From contig MU058065.1 in the NCBI GenBank assembly GCA_013265495.1, forward strand, positions 2,705,003 to 2,769,002: a DNA stretch of 64,000 nt. Direction: 5' to 3'. Shown in pieces: positions 49,091 through 62,639 of the stretch; positions within the stretch are counted from its first letter, which is position 1, and the number at the start of each line of letters is the position of its first letter. The stretch is from Vicugna vicugna. Its lineage: Eukaryota. A model generated the notes under the pieces. It did not search any database. It was not told where the DNA came from and saw only the letters and a program-made list of their open reading frames with translations. Made by a program: the position numbers and the translations under genes.

Positions 49091-51822
49091 AGGTAGGATG
49101 CCATTTTAACCCTGTAACCTTGCCCTACAAGAATTTCCCAGATACAAGAAAAAAAATGTCGTGTTTGAGAGGACTCAGTTCAAAGGTCTCAGCCTAGTTA
49201 TATAGAGTATTTGGGAGAAAGAGATGGAATGAACATTTGTTGAGCCAGTTTTTATTTTCACTCCTATCCCCTCGATTCTACCTCTCAATCCAGAAAGCAA
49301 AATACTGTTTTGGACCAGAGAAGGAAGAGAAGTGTTAGATGCTGGTGAGAGTTGAGAAGGGGCTCTCCTTCCTGCCCCATATCACAGCCTGTGGTTAGCC
49401 TCAAATGAAGGAGTCAACAGAATCCAGAACATTTTAGGGGTCTGAGAATTGAGGAGTTGGTTCTCCTCTCTCAGTCTAGACTTTAGAAGTGACATCCCTG
49501 GTGGATGGAATTCCATGAGCCACCCCGGCTGCAGAAAGGCCAGAGGCAGGTCTCCTCAGCCTCAGAAAGGTGAACGGACACAGCCACTTCTCCCCTGTGT
49601 CCTGAGAAGAAGGTGAAAGACCATTATTTGATAATTTCCATGTACTTTTTTATTGTTTTGTCTCCCACTGTTAAAAGTATTATGATCCAAAACCTGGTAT
49701 GGGGCAAAATGATGATCAGTTTACAATCATAATCGAAATGTTAGATAACAGACTTGCTTAAAGACTATTTAATTCTCTAGGGGTTTATACCTATATCTGA
49801 CTTACTATTTGCTATTGGTTAGGGCTCAGACTCTGTGATGTTACACGTTAACTTGTAGAAGCTTATCATATCTTAGATTAAAAGCTTAAATTCACAAATT
49901 TTTGTCTTTTGGTACTAAAGATACTGAAAGTTGGCTCTGATCAGATTGCTACTTCATTCATAGCTTATAGGTTTTGTTATGATGGTACTTTTACTTTCAT
50001 TATCAGCGATTATTGTAAGCTAGTGTCTTGGCTGGGTTCCTCTGGTTGCCATGCAGACCCTAGAATGCTCACTGGTTTACCCAGAAGGCTTTGAGGATGA
50101 TGGCTTGCCCAGTAAAATACTGTTTCTTCTCTGCAGAATACCTGAAGAATATTATGTACAGTGGAAACTAAAGCTGGCATGAATTCATTATCCATTATCA
50201 GGCTCAGGTTACCAGTTCTTATCATATCTCTTATCTTCAGGGGCTCTGGAGCAGATCTGGAGTGTTTCATTAGAATTCAACAGAACCAAGACACCTTGGG
50301 CACATATTTAAGAATAAGGATCAAAAGTCAGACCAAAGAGAAGTCATTTCATTACCTGTCATGTGAGAATAATCAATCCTTTGACAAACGGCCATGTCAC
50401 CAGTGCCTCTGAGGTATAAGCAATTCACAAAGCAACCTACAACATCATCCTCATGTGTAATATTTATCTCCAGGGGCACTTGAAAAGGATATTTCTCTGT
50501 GCAGCTTTGAGCTGTAGAATCAGACAGACCCGACTGAAGATCCTGGCCTTATGACTTACTATTCACCTTTCAAATGTATGAATGAAAAGTATATAGCTCA
50601 GTATCTGGTCCTGGCAAGTACTAAATAGATAGTAACTATGGTCCTTTTTATTCTAACATTAACATGTAGGTGGCCTGCATGTATAAAATATATCACGGAG
50701 AAAGCTAAGTTCTGCAGCATAGATGTCCTTTAGAAATAGTCATGTGACCCAAAACTCTATTTTATGAAAGTGAAAGAAAATTCACTAATGTGCTCTTTAT
50801 TCCATAAAATGAAAAATCACATTGAATCAGACTTCAGCTCCCTCCCCTTTCAAACTATAATAACAGAAGATAAGGTTCCTCTCATTTAAAATAGAAAGGA
50901 CATTAGGAAAATGGATATCCAATTTGGTGCGGCAGTTTTTCTCTTATCTTGTTCTAAATAGCAGTCGTTATTAGGAAGACAAGGTAGCTGTATGTTAGAC
51001 GAAGAAGAGGAGTCTGAGCTGAACTGTCACTCAAAGTTTGGCTCAAAAACGGGTCCTGAGAAGAGTGCCCACGTGGCTGCTTGCACTTGAGCATTGATGG
51101 GCATGATGCTGGGATAGAGTCCAAGCAACATTATAACCTCTCTGGATGTCCTTAGAGAGTGTCTTATCTCTATTCACACACAAGTTTCCAGTGTTGAATC
51201 ATAATATTTGAGTCAAGAAAGACACTCTAGTCCAGTTTTCTCATTTCATAGATGAGAGAACTAAGAAATTAAGAAGTTGCCCAAGATCATACAACTCTCA
51301 AATATCTCCATGATTACCCCCATCAGTGTTTGGCAATTCAACATTAGAGTCTTTTCTTTAGTCCTTATTAAAATGCAGGTATGCCCAGGAGGGAGTAATT
51401 GAAGAGTGACTATTCAATGAAACCTTCAGGAAAGGGGACAGGCCCTGTGGAATGAGCCACAAACCATTTGTGGCAAAGAAGAAGGGCAAAACTGGAGAGA
51501 ACAGAGATGAGGGAGAGAAACAGACAGATGTCTGAATGTGGGCAGAGGTACAACAAGGAGAAGCCAGAAGCACCACATATTCTTTGCAGGTTTCCTGGGA
51601 TGACTATGATGATTGGTATTGATTTTTGTAAGAATTTCCTAACATTTTTGTATGTAATCTAGAAGTCTGACTGATTTACTTTTTTCTTAACAATGGCTAA
51701 ATGAAATGCAGAAGGATATCTTTGCTTTTTTCTGAAACAGGGTAAAACATGATAGGAACCATGGTTAAAAGTGCTGGCACTGGAATCAGAATGCCTGGGC
51801 TCGAATTCCACTTATTAGATGT

Positions 51823-52385
51823 TGTGGCAGCTTTGAAACATGTCTGAAATTTTTTGTATAAGTCTCCCATTAAGAGCCAAGGTTTATGCCCCCATCTTGG
51901 TTAATCTCTGCTGCCTTCAGTGACTCCTTTGTGAAAAAAGACTGTAGTGGTAGTGGCTGTGTGTAACTTCTGGGGCTAGGTCGGAAAATGTCATGCAGCC
52001 TCCATTTCATTCTCTCTGGACATTTGCTTTGAGAGAAATCAGCCACTATGTAAGAAATCCCTCTACACCAAGAGTAAATACCAATGAGACCAGGAGCAGG
52101 TGCTCCAGCTCACAGCTCCGGCTGAGCTTCCAGCCTAGAGCAGCATCCACCACCTGCCACACGAGTGCACCATCTTGGATGTCCAGCTTAGTGAAGCCTT
52201 CAGATGACTGCAACACCAGCTGATGTCTAACTCCAATGACATGAAAGACCCCAAATGAGAACTGCTAAGCTGCATCCTTCCTTCATTCCTGACACAGAAT
52301 CATAAACAAAATAAAATGGTTGCTTACACTACAACGTTTCCAATGTTTCTGGGAAATTTGCTGCATAACAATAATAACTGGAGCA
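51823..52385 (+). mobile_element. Complete MLT1H-like MaLR solo LTR inserted in a MIR
   Basis: TG...CA ends, perfect 5-bp TSD GATGT (51818-51822, 52386-52390), motifs gccttcagatgactgca and aaaataaaatggttg. Confidence 0.9.
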
Positions 52386-52792
52386 GATGTGTTTCCTTGA
52401 CTTGCGTTCATTAGTATTCCTGAGTCTCTGTGTCCTTATATACATAGGAAGGATGATCATTGATCTAAAATATTCCCTCACATGTTTTCATCTGCTCCTC
52501 TCTTAGAGTGCCTTTTTTCAATGAAAAAATAAATTCTCCACATACCATACTTTCCATTCTCAATAAAGCAAATGAAGAACTAAAAAAAAAAAAATCAAAA
52601 GGTTTACTTTGAGATTATAATCAAAAGGAAAAACAATTTTCAAAAGAAAGAATCTAGGAAAGACTCCCTAGAATTTCATGACATTTCATGCGATGCTTGG
52701 ATGTTCTTCTCTAGGCTGTGAATCGAAAACTTTGCTGTAGGTGATGCTGATGTGCTGGTCCCTGAACCACACATTGAGTGGAAAGGCTAAAA

Positions 52793-52985
52793 CAGGACTG
52801 TGCAATTGATGTTCTACAATATAATAGAAATATTCTGCCCTGTCCATTTCAGTAACCACTAGCCACACTTGGCTAGCGAGTCCTTAAAATGTGACCAATG
52901 CAACTGAGGAAAAAAAATCAGTTAATTAAAATTAAAATTTAAATAGCCGCACATGACAAGTGGCTACTGTATTGGTACCACAATT
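52793..52985 (+). mobile_element. MER3 hAT MITE, preceded by a MER5A fragment at ~52700-52790
   Basis: ccactagccacacttggcta...gcaactgaggaa...tttaaatagcc.cacatg...gtggctactgtattgg. Confidence 0.8.
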
Positions 52986-53151
52986 CGAGAACAAGATTGC
53001 TAATCAAGTCCATGACTCAGCACCGAAGGTGATAAGGAACTTTCTACCTGAAGCAGCTCACTCCACTCACAACATTTAAAATTTTAACCCAACTGGTAGC
53101 AAAGCTTATCTGTAAGTACAAACTACTTACTACACAGAGTAGTAAGTGGAA

Positions 53152-53266
53152 TAATCACCTCCCAGCTATCGTGATCTGTCTGAGGTGGAGGGGTTTTCTG
53201 GGATTAGGGACTTTCCGTGCTAAAACTGGGACAGTCCCAGGCAAATGGAGATCCCTGGCCACCCTA
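53152..53266. mobile_element. MER81-like hAT-Blackjack MITE
   Basis: gagggg.ttt.tgggat...gggacttt.gtgctaaaactgggacagtcccaggcaaa...tggccacccta. Confidence 0.75.
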
Positions 53267-53514
53267 AATCTCAGTGTGCTTCATTTTGTGTTGGGCACTA
53301 GAGAAGCAACTCAAAATAAATCTCAGCCCCTGCTGTCAAAAATCTCACAACCTAGAATCCAGTTTTTTCCCAAACTTTCTTAAGATATCCTTTTATGTTC
53401 TACTTTTCCCTGACAGCCAAGAAGATTGATTTAGTTTTACTCTCTGTAGTTTAAGAAAAAAATAGATCTGTCCAGGTTTTTGTCTTTTCGAAGCATACCC
53501 AATTATCACTTAGG

Positions 53515-53985
53515 GATTATATTCAACTCCTGGTTGCAGAAGCCAGAAACTTTAAAATAGTGAAAAGATGTCTTTTCCTCATGTAACTAGAAATCAGGAA
53601 GAGGCAGCTCAGGGCTCTGATGCAATCAAAGATTCAGGCTCCTTCTCTCAACCTAGCCATTTCTGCCTGTGTTTATCTTCTTGAGGTCGTAAAGGGAGTA
53701 ATCTATGTTCTTGCTCCCGGCAGGAAGAAAGAAAAAAATCAAGGGACAATTAGAGCATGCCAGCCAAGTTACAGTTTCATTAAAGGATTTCTTTCTTCCT
53801 CAATGCCCCATCCAACAATTTCCACTTATGTCTCATTGAGCAGAATTAAGTTGTTTAATCACTCTTATCTGCAAAGAGGCTGGGAGATAGAGTGTTTTAG
53901 CTATTATCACTGCCACCACTCCCAATAGTTAATTGTATCATTGAGAAAGAAGGAGGAATTAGATATCTGGTGCTCAGTGAGCCAT
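53515..53985 (-). mobile_element. MLT1J/K-like MaLR LTR
   Basis: ttccacttatgtctcattg.cagaa...tgcaaagaggctgggaga. Confidence 0.65.
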
Positions 53986-54849
53986 CTAAACCTGACTCTC
54001 TCTCAAAACTGTGACCCTATTCCCCCCGATGAAATCTCTTTGTTAAATGCCTTATTGAAATCTATTTTTACAATGTCAATGAGATACTGCTAATCTACTA
54101 TTGTAGTTATAATTCTGTCATCAAGATCTGCAGGCAACTCCAGCTAAGCTAATGGAATTTGTATGAATTTATGAATGACCAGAATAGGGGTTTTAAAAAT
54201 GGGGTGACTGTACCTTAATGCTTACAGTCTGAACACTAAACAAAAGTAACCAAATTATTTCTCACTGCTCATTTGTTTTCTTTTCTTTTTTATGTACATT
54301 TAGCATTACATTCTTCAAGGAAATCAGCAGCCACTAAAGTTATAATTAAGTATATAAATACTTTAAATACACATTTAAAGGGAAAATGAAGGCATTTTAT
54401 TATTCTATTTTGAATAATGTTTATCAGTTCATTAAGATAAATACTATTCTAGACACAGCATTTCTTTGAGGTTAAGTTAGCACCATTCCCTTCAAATGTA
54501 CCCACTAAAACAGGGACATTACTTGACACTTCTGTGAAAGCTGAATAGTTATTTGATTGTAATGTTCCAAGTGGATTAGCGAAAAGCTGCAGTTATGGGC
54601 TTGTGCCATTTTGACACTTAACTACAGGCTTTTAGGTAGAGCTGTTTTAATTAAAAGGGCACTTGTTATGTGGAACCCATTGTTAAAATACACCTGTCAT
54701 ACTTCAGTTTCAATAAAAGTTTAGCTGAGGAAGAAGGCAATGAAGTATTGTTCCTGGACCTCTTGTTCCCACAGCTAAACAAACCCCTTACAATCTTCAT
54801 CTCATATAAGCAATGCATTCAGATAAAGACTGACGCTTCTGCTACTAGT

Positions 54850-55345
54850 GATTACAACCATCTGTCATTTTGATGTGCCAGGCATTGTGCCCCATCCAAC
54901 AATCCACTATCTCTAACTCACATGACAAAAGTGTGGCAGAGACATAATCCCCATTTTATGGTTGAGGAAAAAGTCAGAAAAATCACATAACTTGCCCAAT
55001 GTTATGATTCAAACTTATGTGAATGAGTTGTCAAAGCATAGCTTGTCTTTCCAGGACAATTTTTTGCCTTATTCACAGGTCCAGCGAGAGGACTTCAAGC
55101 CAACAGATTATCAGAGTATTTGTTGTTTCTCTTTTAGAGCCTTAGATACACTGGACTTAGAGTAGGCAGAGCCAATTTGTCTTTCCAATTCTCTGAGCCT
55201 TAGTGTTCTCAACTGCAAAATGGGTATTATAATATTTTTTAAACATCAATAGTAGTATCTACCATATAAAATTGTTGATAGAATTAAAGAAGATAACTTT
55301 ATGTTAAAGACAGAGAAAATAGTTATTCAATAAATATTTTTTGAA
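54850..55345. mobile_element. Two MIR fragments (minus ~54850-55050, plus ~55130-55345)
   Basis: atccccattttatggttgaggaaa...aacttgcccaa; ctctgagccttagtgttctcaactgcaaaatggg. Confidence 0.7.
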
Positions 55346-55764
55346 TCATGTACTTGTCACTGTAGAGGGAAAAGAGAAGTAAAGTGATAAAACTAACATT
55401 TACTTCATAATTAAAGGACTTAACATTTAAATAACTTAGGAAAGCCAGTGTATTGAAGACTAATTTACTTGATTAACTTCTTAACTTGAAGTCTAAAGGA
55501 ATGGGACTTGTGAGAAATTAGTTTTATTGGGACAGTGCAGTATACTAGAAAACTTTTGGAATTAGTGGGTAGAGGAAACAAGTTTTAATCTTAGGATATG
55601 AATTTCAGTATGAAGTTCACAGGATGGTGGCACATGGTGGCAGTATAAAGATATCGTTGAGCTGGGGATTTGGAGAGAAAGTAGTCCTGAAAGACAGAGT
55701 AAAGAAATATCAACTTTATAATATTGTTTAGAGGAGGCAGAATTAATGCAGTAAGGAAACAGTC

Positions 55765-56120
55765 AAAGCTTGGGATCTTCAAAAGCAAATACTCAGATAG
55801 AGCTTGGGATGCAAGTTATTTATTAAAGATCAACACCAGTGAAAGGGAAGGAAAGGAAGCAGAGTTGAGCAGAGGGTGAAATTAAATTGAGCTCAACTAA
55901 GTTTAAAATGTTGGCAAACACAGCAAGTATGGCTTGTTAGGTTGCCCCATATTGAGCAGAAGTGGCCAAGCCTTTATACATTCCACCATATAGAAGTATC
56001 CCTGGGAAGATTGTACCTTATTTGAGGTGGTCCTTTACAGATGCTATAAAAGTAAATTTGCCTACTATTATAACCATCTTTCCTTGGAGTGGGACCTAGG
56101 TAGCATATCTCACTTTCAAC
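55765..56120 (-). mobile_element. ERVL LTR33/LTR16-like remnant
   Basis: gatgcaagttatttatt...gaaggaaaggaagcagagttgagcagagggtgaa. Confidence 0.55.
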
Positions 56121-56344
56121 CTCAAGACCATATTGGGGCTTGGACTTACAAGACCAGGAGGCTGAGAGCTCTAGGCTGGGATCATGAGATTAGATTTGAG
56201 TTTTAGATGCTTCTCCATCATCCTGCCATCTCTGACTTTAAATGTGTCACTTGAAGATGTATGCCTATGACAGTTTCTCTATCTATGGTTTGGCCTCCAT
56301 GACCTCTGAAATTCATGTAATCACTAATATTCTATGGTTCTATG

Positions 56345-56480
56345 GTTTTATTCATTCATTTATTCAATACATGTTCATTGAAGGCTCCTACTGTGCCAGC
56401 CACTTCTGGGCATGTAGAACACGCCAGTGAAGAATATTGACAAAGCTCCTTACCCCGATGGAGTGGGCATTCTAATGGTT
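56345..56480 (-). mobile_element. L2 3' end
   Basis: attcattcatttattcaatacatgttcattgaaggctcctactgtgccag. Confidence 0.8.
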
Positions 56481-58019
56481 TTGAAGTTCTCTTCATTAGA
56501 AGAAAAAGCAATGAGGTAAAAACTAAAATTTTTCAGATTAATCATAGTAACATTTCATGATACTGCTTCAAGGCCTAGGAAGTTTGTATTGAAGGTGCCA
56601 GGGAGAAAATATCATATTCTAAAAGTAATTTGACAAAGTATTACTGGGTCTTATCATAGCTTCCACATCCAGTACAGGCAGTAAGATAGTCTTTCCACCT
56701 TTTGTCTATTAAAGCTAATAAGATTATTAACAATATTTCCTTATTGGCAAAGGCCAGGAAGAAAATAAAGGTCCAGAGGGAAGAAAACAAAATACACTTT
56801 CGGAAATTTGGACTGAAAACATGTCCGTGCTCTTCTCAGTGATTCATCCAGAAAGTTATTAAAACCACAATCATAACACAAGATATGGCAACAAATAAAG
56901 AATATTTCACTTTATCCCACATGCGTTTCAATATTACATTTTTCATTTCTGCTGTTGTGATGGGGGGTAGGGTGGGTAGCAAACATTCCAGGAAAGTGTC
57001 ATTTTAACAACCTCATACCCCTTTTAAGTCTGACCAAAACCCTATTTGTTCTAGCTGGCAGATTACAACTTCACGTAAAGCCAAAAATATATTTTAAGGG
57101 AAAGGGGAGGGAGTCTTGATTTATTAGGATTTAATCACTCAACTGAAATGAATGTTAAATTAATAAATGAGTTTTTGACAGCATGATTGTAATGTGTGAT
57201 TCAATAATAGTCAACTCCTTTTTTCAGGAAAGAGATAAAAGCTCATGACCTCAAGTTACGAGCCAGATTTAGGAAAATCATTGTAGCATATTTCAACATA
57301 TTATTGAGTTTCTGTTTTCCTACTTGGAGCAGAGGCGACAGCGTGAACACTGCCCAGATACTGCTGCTGCTTCCTTGGTACATGTCCAGTGAGTATTGTT
57401 TCCTTCTCTGGGCCCTGAAGAACTTGTTTCTGGCCCAGAAATGTGTCCTTCTCTGGAAGAAGCAGAGTTAGATCTGAAGCTGATTGGGTCTTCACTCCTG
57501 TCCATGATTAGTGGAACGCATCAAGATCACACATACTGAGGAATCTAGAAATGGCAGACTGGGTGATCCAGACTGGCTTTCCTGCTGAGAACAACTAGCA
57601 AAGTTGAGCAACAGAAATTCACTTGAAGGTATTAAACAGCTACTAAATCGGGGAAGAACTACAGAGCCAAGAGAGGAGAGAAGAAAACCCAGAAATGTGA
57701 GCCAGGCAGGAGGCAGCTTGTGCCTAGACTTGTGTGTGGTTCCTTGGGAGACTGAGATGATGATAAAAGCGTGAAACAGAATCACAGGGCAGGTGGATCA
57801 AAGGTGAATTTCGAGTTCCACTGAGGAGTGGACACCTGAGAGAAACACCCAGAATCGTGGTTAGGACCACAAAGGGCTATCACCCATGAGTAAGAGAGAC
57901 CCACGAATAGAAGTCCATAATCCATAGAGAGTAAAGATCAGCGTGAAGTGAGTCCCATCTCTTACTGGATTAGGCAATGTGACAGACTTGCCGATGCCTG
58001 CTCCTTCCAGAAACAAACT

Positions 58020-58230
58020 TATACTACAGAAGACACAGAGCTCCATTTATATAAAGTTCAAAACATGCAAAACTCATCTGTGGTGTAGGAAGTTGGCACA
58101 AAATTTGTCTTTGAGGATGAGCAAGGGGTAGCGAATGGGAGAGGAAGTGAGGAACTTCAGGAGAGCTGATTATTTTCTACGTCTTGATTTACATGGTGGT
58201 TATAGGAGATTAAGAATTTCGGATCATTCT
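58020..58230 (+). mobile_element. L1ME 3' UTR fragment
   Basis: tccatttatataaagttcaaaacatgcaaaact...tcttgatttacatggtggtta. Confidence 0.7.
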
Positions 58231-58482
58231 TCAAGCTTCCAGATGTCACTGATGCCATGTGATTCTATCTAGCTGAGTAGCTGAAGCCTTCTGCAAACTA
58301 CTTCTACTTAGAGTAGCTTGGTGTCTACCTTGCTGTCCTGTGAAGATGAGCATTCTATCTGCCTTGTCCATGATCTTAGAGCTTCTCAAACTTTCCCTGA
58401 CACCAATAGGCATTACCCCTTTCTTTGCTACTTAGAGAGAACAAACCATCTCCCAAACGTTGATCCTGTGCCCCTCTCCCAG

Positions 58483-58666
58483 CTAGAGCTGATATATTTA
58501 GCAACTAAAATTCTAATATGTTCAATTAAATTTGAATTACAAACAACAAACACTGTTTTAGTATAATGTGTCCCAAATATTGCATAGTGGACATACTTAT
58601 ACTAAAGAAAAATTTTATTTACCTTAAAGTTCCCTGGGCATCCTGTATGTTCTCTGACAATCCTAC
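58483..58666. mobile_element. MER53 hAT MITE
   Basis: ttaaatttgaatt...tagtataatgtgtcccaaatattgcatagtggacatacttatactaa, a palindromic core. Confidence 0.8.
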
Positions 58667-58974
58667 CCCTGGCTCATTTCCTTTGTTTTTTGGATGTAAG
58701 GGCCATGAGACTAAGAGAGAAGAACAATAAAGCAGCTGCTAAAGAAGAATAAACCATTTTAACTTTTTTTTCTTTCTAGTCTATTGAATTAAACATTAAA
58801 CAAACACACATACACAAAACTTGAACATGGTTTTAAGATTCAAAACCAACGACATGGGCTTCCATTAGCATCATGATGCAACATCGCCGAGATCTCCTAG
58901 CCCACAAAGCAGAGAAGACTCCTTCTCTTTTTCTCCTTTTTTCAAAGATGGACAAGATCACCTTGTTGTCTGAC

Positions 58975-59190
58975 CTGAGCTGTACAATATGGTAACCAGT
59001 AGCCACTTGTGGTTTTTTAATTATAAATAATTAAAATTCAACAAAGTTATAAATTCAGTTCCTCAGTCTCACCAGCTACATTTCAAGCATTCAGTAGCCA
59101 CATGTGGCACCAGCTACCCTATTGGACAGTGTTCATTAGGAAACATTTCTATTAATGCAGAACATCCTATCAGACTATCAGCATTGCTCT
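58975..59190 (-). mobile_element. MER3 hAT MITE
   Basis: ctgtacaatatggtaaccagtagccacttgtgg...aaattcagttcctcagtc...tagccacatgtggc. Confidence 0.8.
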
Positions 59191-59834
59191 AGATTGTCGA
59201 TCTTATTAAGACTTGACTATGGGGACAGAAGTCATAAATGGGATATTAAGTACTGTATTTTTAAGGCTGCCAGGGAAGAGGCCTTCCTACTGAGAGGCAC
59301 TAACATGCACCTGGCACCTTCTCTTGGAGCTTTTCTTTATTTCCGGCAGTTGCAAAATAGTCTTGATTTAACACACACTAGAAACATGTTTTCCTGAGCT
59401 TTCCTTGAGAACTCGTACATATATTAGCAAATTACAGTCCTTGATCTGAGACTTCTGGAGATGTGGGATGGCTTCCGAGGTGGGAGTCAGGAGGTGAGAA
59501 TTCTAGTAGCTTCTCTGCCTTTGTATATTCTGAGACCTGGATCAAGGCCTTTCCCTCTCTGGGTGTCATATTTCCTTCCATAAGTTTTGCACATTTTGTT
59601 CTCATTAAAATAAAACACAAAACTGAAACTTGAAAAACCAACACTGTCATCTCCAGAGTGAAATTCAATCTAAGTGAGTTTTTCTTTGTGCGATTACCTC
59701 TGAAAACACCAACTCTCTCCCAATGCGAATTTCCCTGAAGGAAGACAATATTCACTCCTCAGAATTGTAATAGCCTCAAAATTCAGAAACTGGGGCTGAT
59801 ACTTCCAGATTTTGATCTTGATTTATTATTTCAG

Positions 59835-60085
59835 CCTGGCCTGAGTATCCTGGAAAAGAGCCTGGAATTGAAAATGAGAAGACTTTGATTTAAATACTGA
59901 CTGTGAAATATTAAATAAAATTATTTAACCACTTTAGACTTCAGTTTCCTCTTTAGTAAAACAGAGACAATAACAGTAGCATCATATATTTATCAAGATG
60001 ATTAAATTAGGTAACATGGTGAAAATACTAATAGGAGTAATAAAGAAGTAAAAAATATTGAACACATAGAATCTATTATTGATAA
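59835..60085 (+). mobile_element. MIR SINE
   Basis: ttatttaaccactttagacttcagtttcctctttagtaaaacagagacaataacagta. Confidence 0.7.
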
Positions 60086-60324
60086 TGATTTTTCTTCTCT
60101 TTTTCTCTGAACAGATTAAAAGATAAAACAGTATTGATTCCATTAATTTCAACTCAGCTATCAGTGTTGCCCAATATGTGTTATTTGCTATCTAATTAAG
60201 AAAACACTTTTTTGTTTTTAAAAAATTGTAGTTAATACTGGCCAGAAAGGTACACAGTATTTCTCTTTTTATCCACAAATGTACTTTGTTGATGAAAATT
60301 TGTCACCTTCTGAAGATTCCTGAG

Positions 60325-61400
60325 ATACATTTTCTAGTTAATTATGCAAAACAAACCACCCCAAAACTTGGTGGCTTAAAACAACAATTTATTATTATTT
60401 ATCACAGTTCTGTCTGTTGGCTATCTCAAATGGAATGTTCCCACTTTGGGTCTCTCATTGTGTTGCAGTCAGCTGGGGTTACAGTCATCTGAAAGTTTAA
60501 CAGAATTGAATGTGGTTAAAGAAGAACAGAGACTGATAGTAGTTTAAGTAGTTAAAAAAAAAAAGATTTTTATTAAGGAACTATTGCAAGAGGGAAGAAA
60601 CCTCAGCAGAAAATTAGATTCAGTTCCAAACACTACAAAAGCAAGTGGGGATTTACCATAAATTGTGGGACCCAGTGGGAGGGGAGATTACTAAGAGGTT
60701 ACTGGAAAATTACTGAGAGAAGACATCAAGAGTAGGGGGAATTCTTGCTAAGATGACCAAACAGGATTCTTTCTAAGGGCAGACTAGAGTGATTAGACGT
60801 CAAGGGTAGGGAATGAGGAATTTGATTAGCTGTCAAGAGTGATCAGATATCAAGGCGGAAGTGGGCATTGATTTTCTCTAAATTGACTTAGCAGGAATCT
60901 TGCTAAAACTGAATTATGCAGGCCTGATAAGGATGGGTCCAAGGTTGAAACCTGACCCAGAAGAAGGCTCTAAAGAGCCTAACTAAAGTTTGGTTAAGGA
61001 GAGACTTTGCCAATGTCCCAGATGGGTCACTTGAATGACTGTCATTTGGTGCTGATTATGGGTTGGGAGTCCAACAAGGGCAATTAAACCACCAAAAGTG
61101 ACTTCTCCAGGTGGCTCGAGCTTCTTACATCATGGCATCTGGGTTCTGAGAGAGAGTATCCCAAGACCAATCATTCCAAGAGTATGTCCCAAGATCAATT
61201 ATACCAAGAGACTTGGGCAGAATCTGCAAATATTAAGATCTGGCCTCAGAGATCTTAGAAAGTCATTTCCATTGCACAACACTAGTCAGGAAGTCACTAA
61301 GACCAGCCTAGATTCAAGAGGAAGGAAATTATCCTCTTCACCTTTTGATGTGAAGAGCAGAGGGGAAAAATAATGGCCGTCATCTTTGGAGACCATCAAG
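60325..61400 (-). mobile_element. MLT1G/H-like MaLR LTR split by an ERV1 LTR
   Basis: aacaaaccaccccaaaacttggtggcttaaaacaac (60350-60385) and cagcctagattcaagaggaagg (61304-61325). Confidence 0.8.
60514..61012 (-). mobile_element. MER31-like ERV1 solo LTR
   Basis: Minus strand starts tggcaaagtctctccttaaccaaactttagttaggctc (MER31-like). The 4-bp TSD ATGT lies at 60510-60513 and 61013-61016. Confidence 0.75.
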
Positions 61401-61781
61401 ATATTCATACTTCAGGTTGTACATTGTTCAGTGACTTCTATACCACAAGTGTCTGAAACATCATAAACAGATGGGAGAGAAAGCTCAGGCAGCTTGTCTG
61501 TATCCATACAACTTGATAGAAAGTACTCTAAAAATCGTGTTTCTTTTGGTAAATTGTTGTGGGTGTTATAGTGAGAGTTAAACAAAGTTGAAAATATTGA
61601 TAAAGTTGCTCACTACATCAGGAACATAGCTCCCACATCTTTGGCCAAAGTTACACATGTATCTAGTTAGTTCAGAGAAATGCACAAATATATGACAAAG
61701 AGATCTCATTTCTTGCACCTATACAGAAAAAGTATCTTAAATATCAAGTGCTTTTATAATTTTTAAATTTATTTATTAATA

Positions 61782-61958
61782 ACATTGCCAGATAAAACAC
61801 TTAAATTTGAATTCAAATAAATAACAAATAATATTTTAGAATAAGTGCATTTCAGTTATTGCATGGAACATGTTTATGCTAAAAATAATTCACTGTTTAT
61901 CTGAAATTCAAATTTAACTGGGCATCTTGTAATTTTATTTGGTAAATCTACAACCCTA
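61782..61958. mobile_element. MER53 hAT MITE, opposite orientation to the 58.5 kb copy
   Basis: ttgccagataaaa...tgtttatctgaaattcaaatttaactgggcatcttgta...caacccta. Confidence 0.85.
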
Positions 61959-62059
61959 TCCCTGAATAATGTTATGATTTTTTTTCAAACTTTTTTCCCT
62001 CAAGTGTATCAAATCTACAACATCTTTTGCATTTAATTTCAAAATGACAGTATTTCACT

Positions 62060-62575
62060 AAATTCCCAGTATAATTTAATCCTTCCCTGCATCTAGGTAA
62101 TCCATACCTAATTACAAGTAATCAAGGACAAATTGATTATGGGCTTTCTATAGGAATGAGGACAGATAGATAGGTATCAAGGACATACAGAATGCTTTCC
62201 TGAAGATATTGAGATAAACATGTTGTTTAATGTTTCTCAGTAACTTTGGCATCATGGCACATTTGAAAAGACTTTTTTCCCCTTGGCAACCATAAATTCC
62301 ACCTTGTTACAATTAATGTTATTTTCTTCTCTTTTGGGTAGAGATGAAAACAGCTGGTCACCACGTGAAAATACTTCATCTATTTAAAGGCAAATGTTAT
62401 CTCTGAGCTTTCTCTTTTTCCAGCCAAATTATGTCTAGTCATTTTTCTTCTTTGGTTCTAGTTCCAACCCTTTTATCATTTCTGTTTTTCTTTTTTGGCA
62501 CACTATAAATTTTCCACAGCTCTAAAACTACACAGATTGAAATGAGATTTCATATTCCAATAAGACCTTAATGAT
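62060..62575 (-). mobile_element. CR1/L3 LINE remnant
   Basis: ttctctttttccagccaaa...ttccaacccttttatcatt resembles the antisense L3 ORF2 end; the left boundary is uncertain. Confidence 0.45.
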
Positions 62576-62639
62576 AAATATAATCATAAATATCACTTTG
62601 GTTATATAATTCTGATTATTAAATATACTCTTTCAAATG

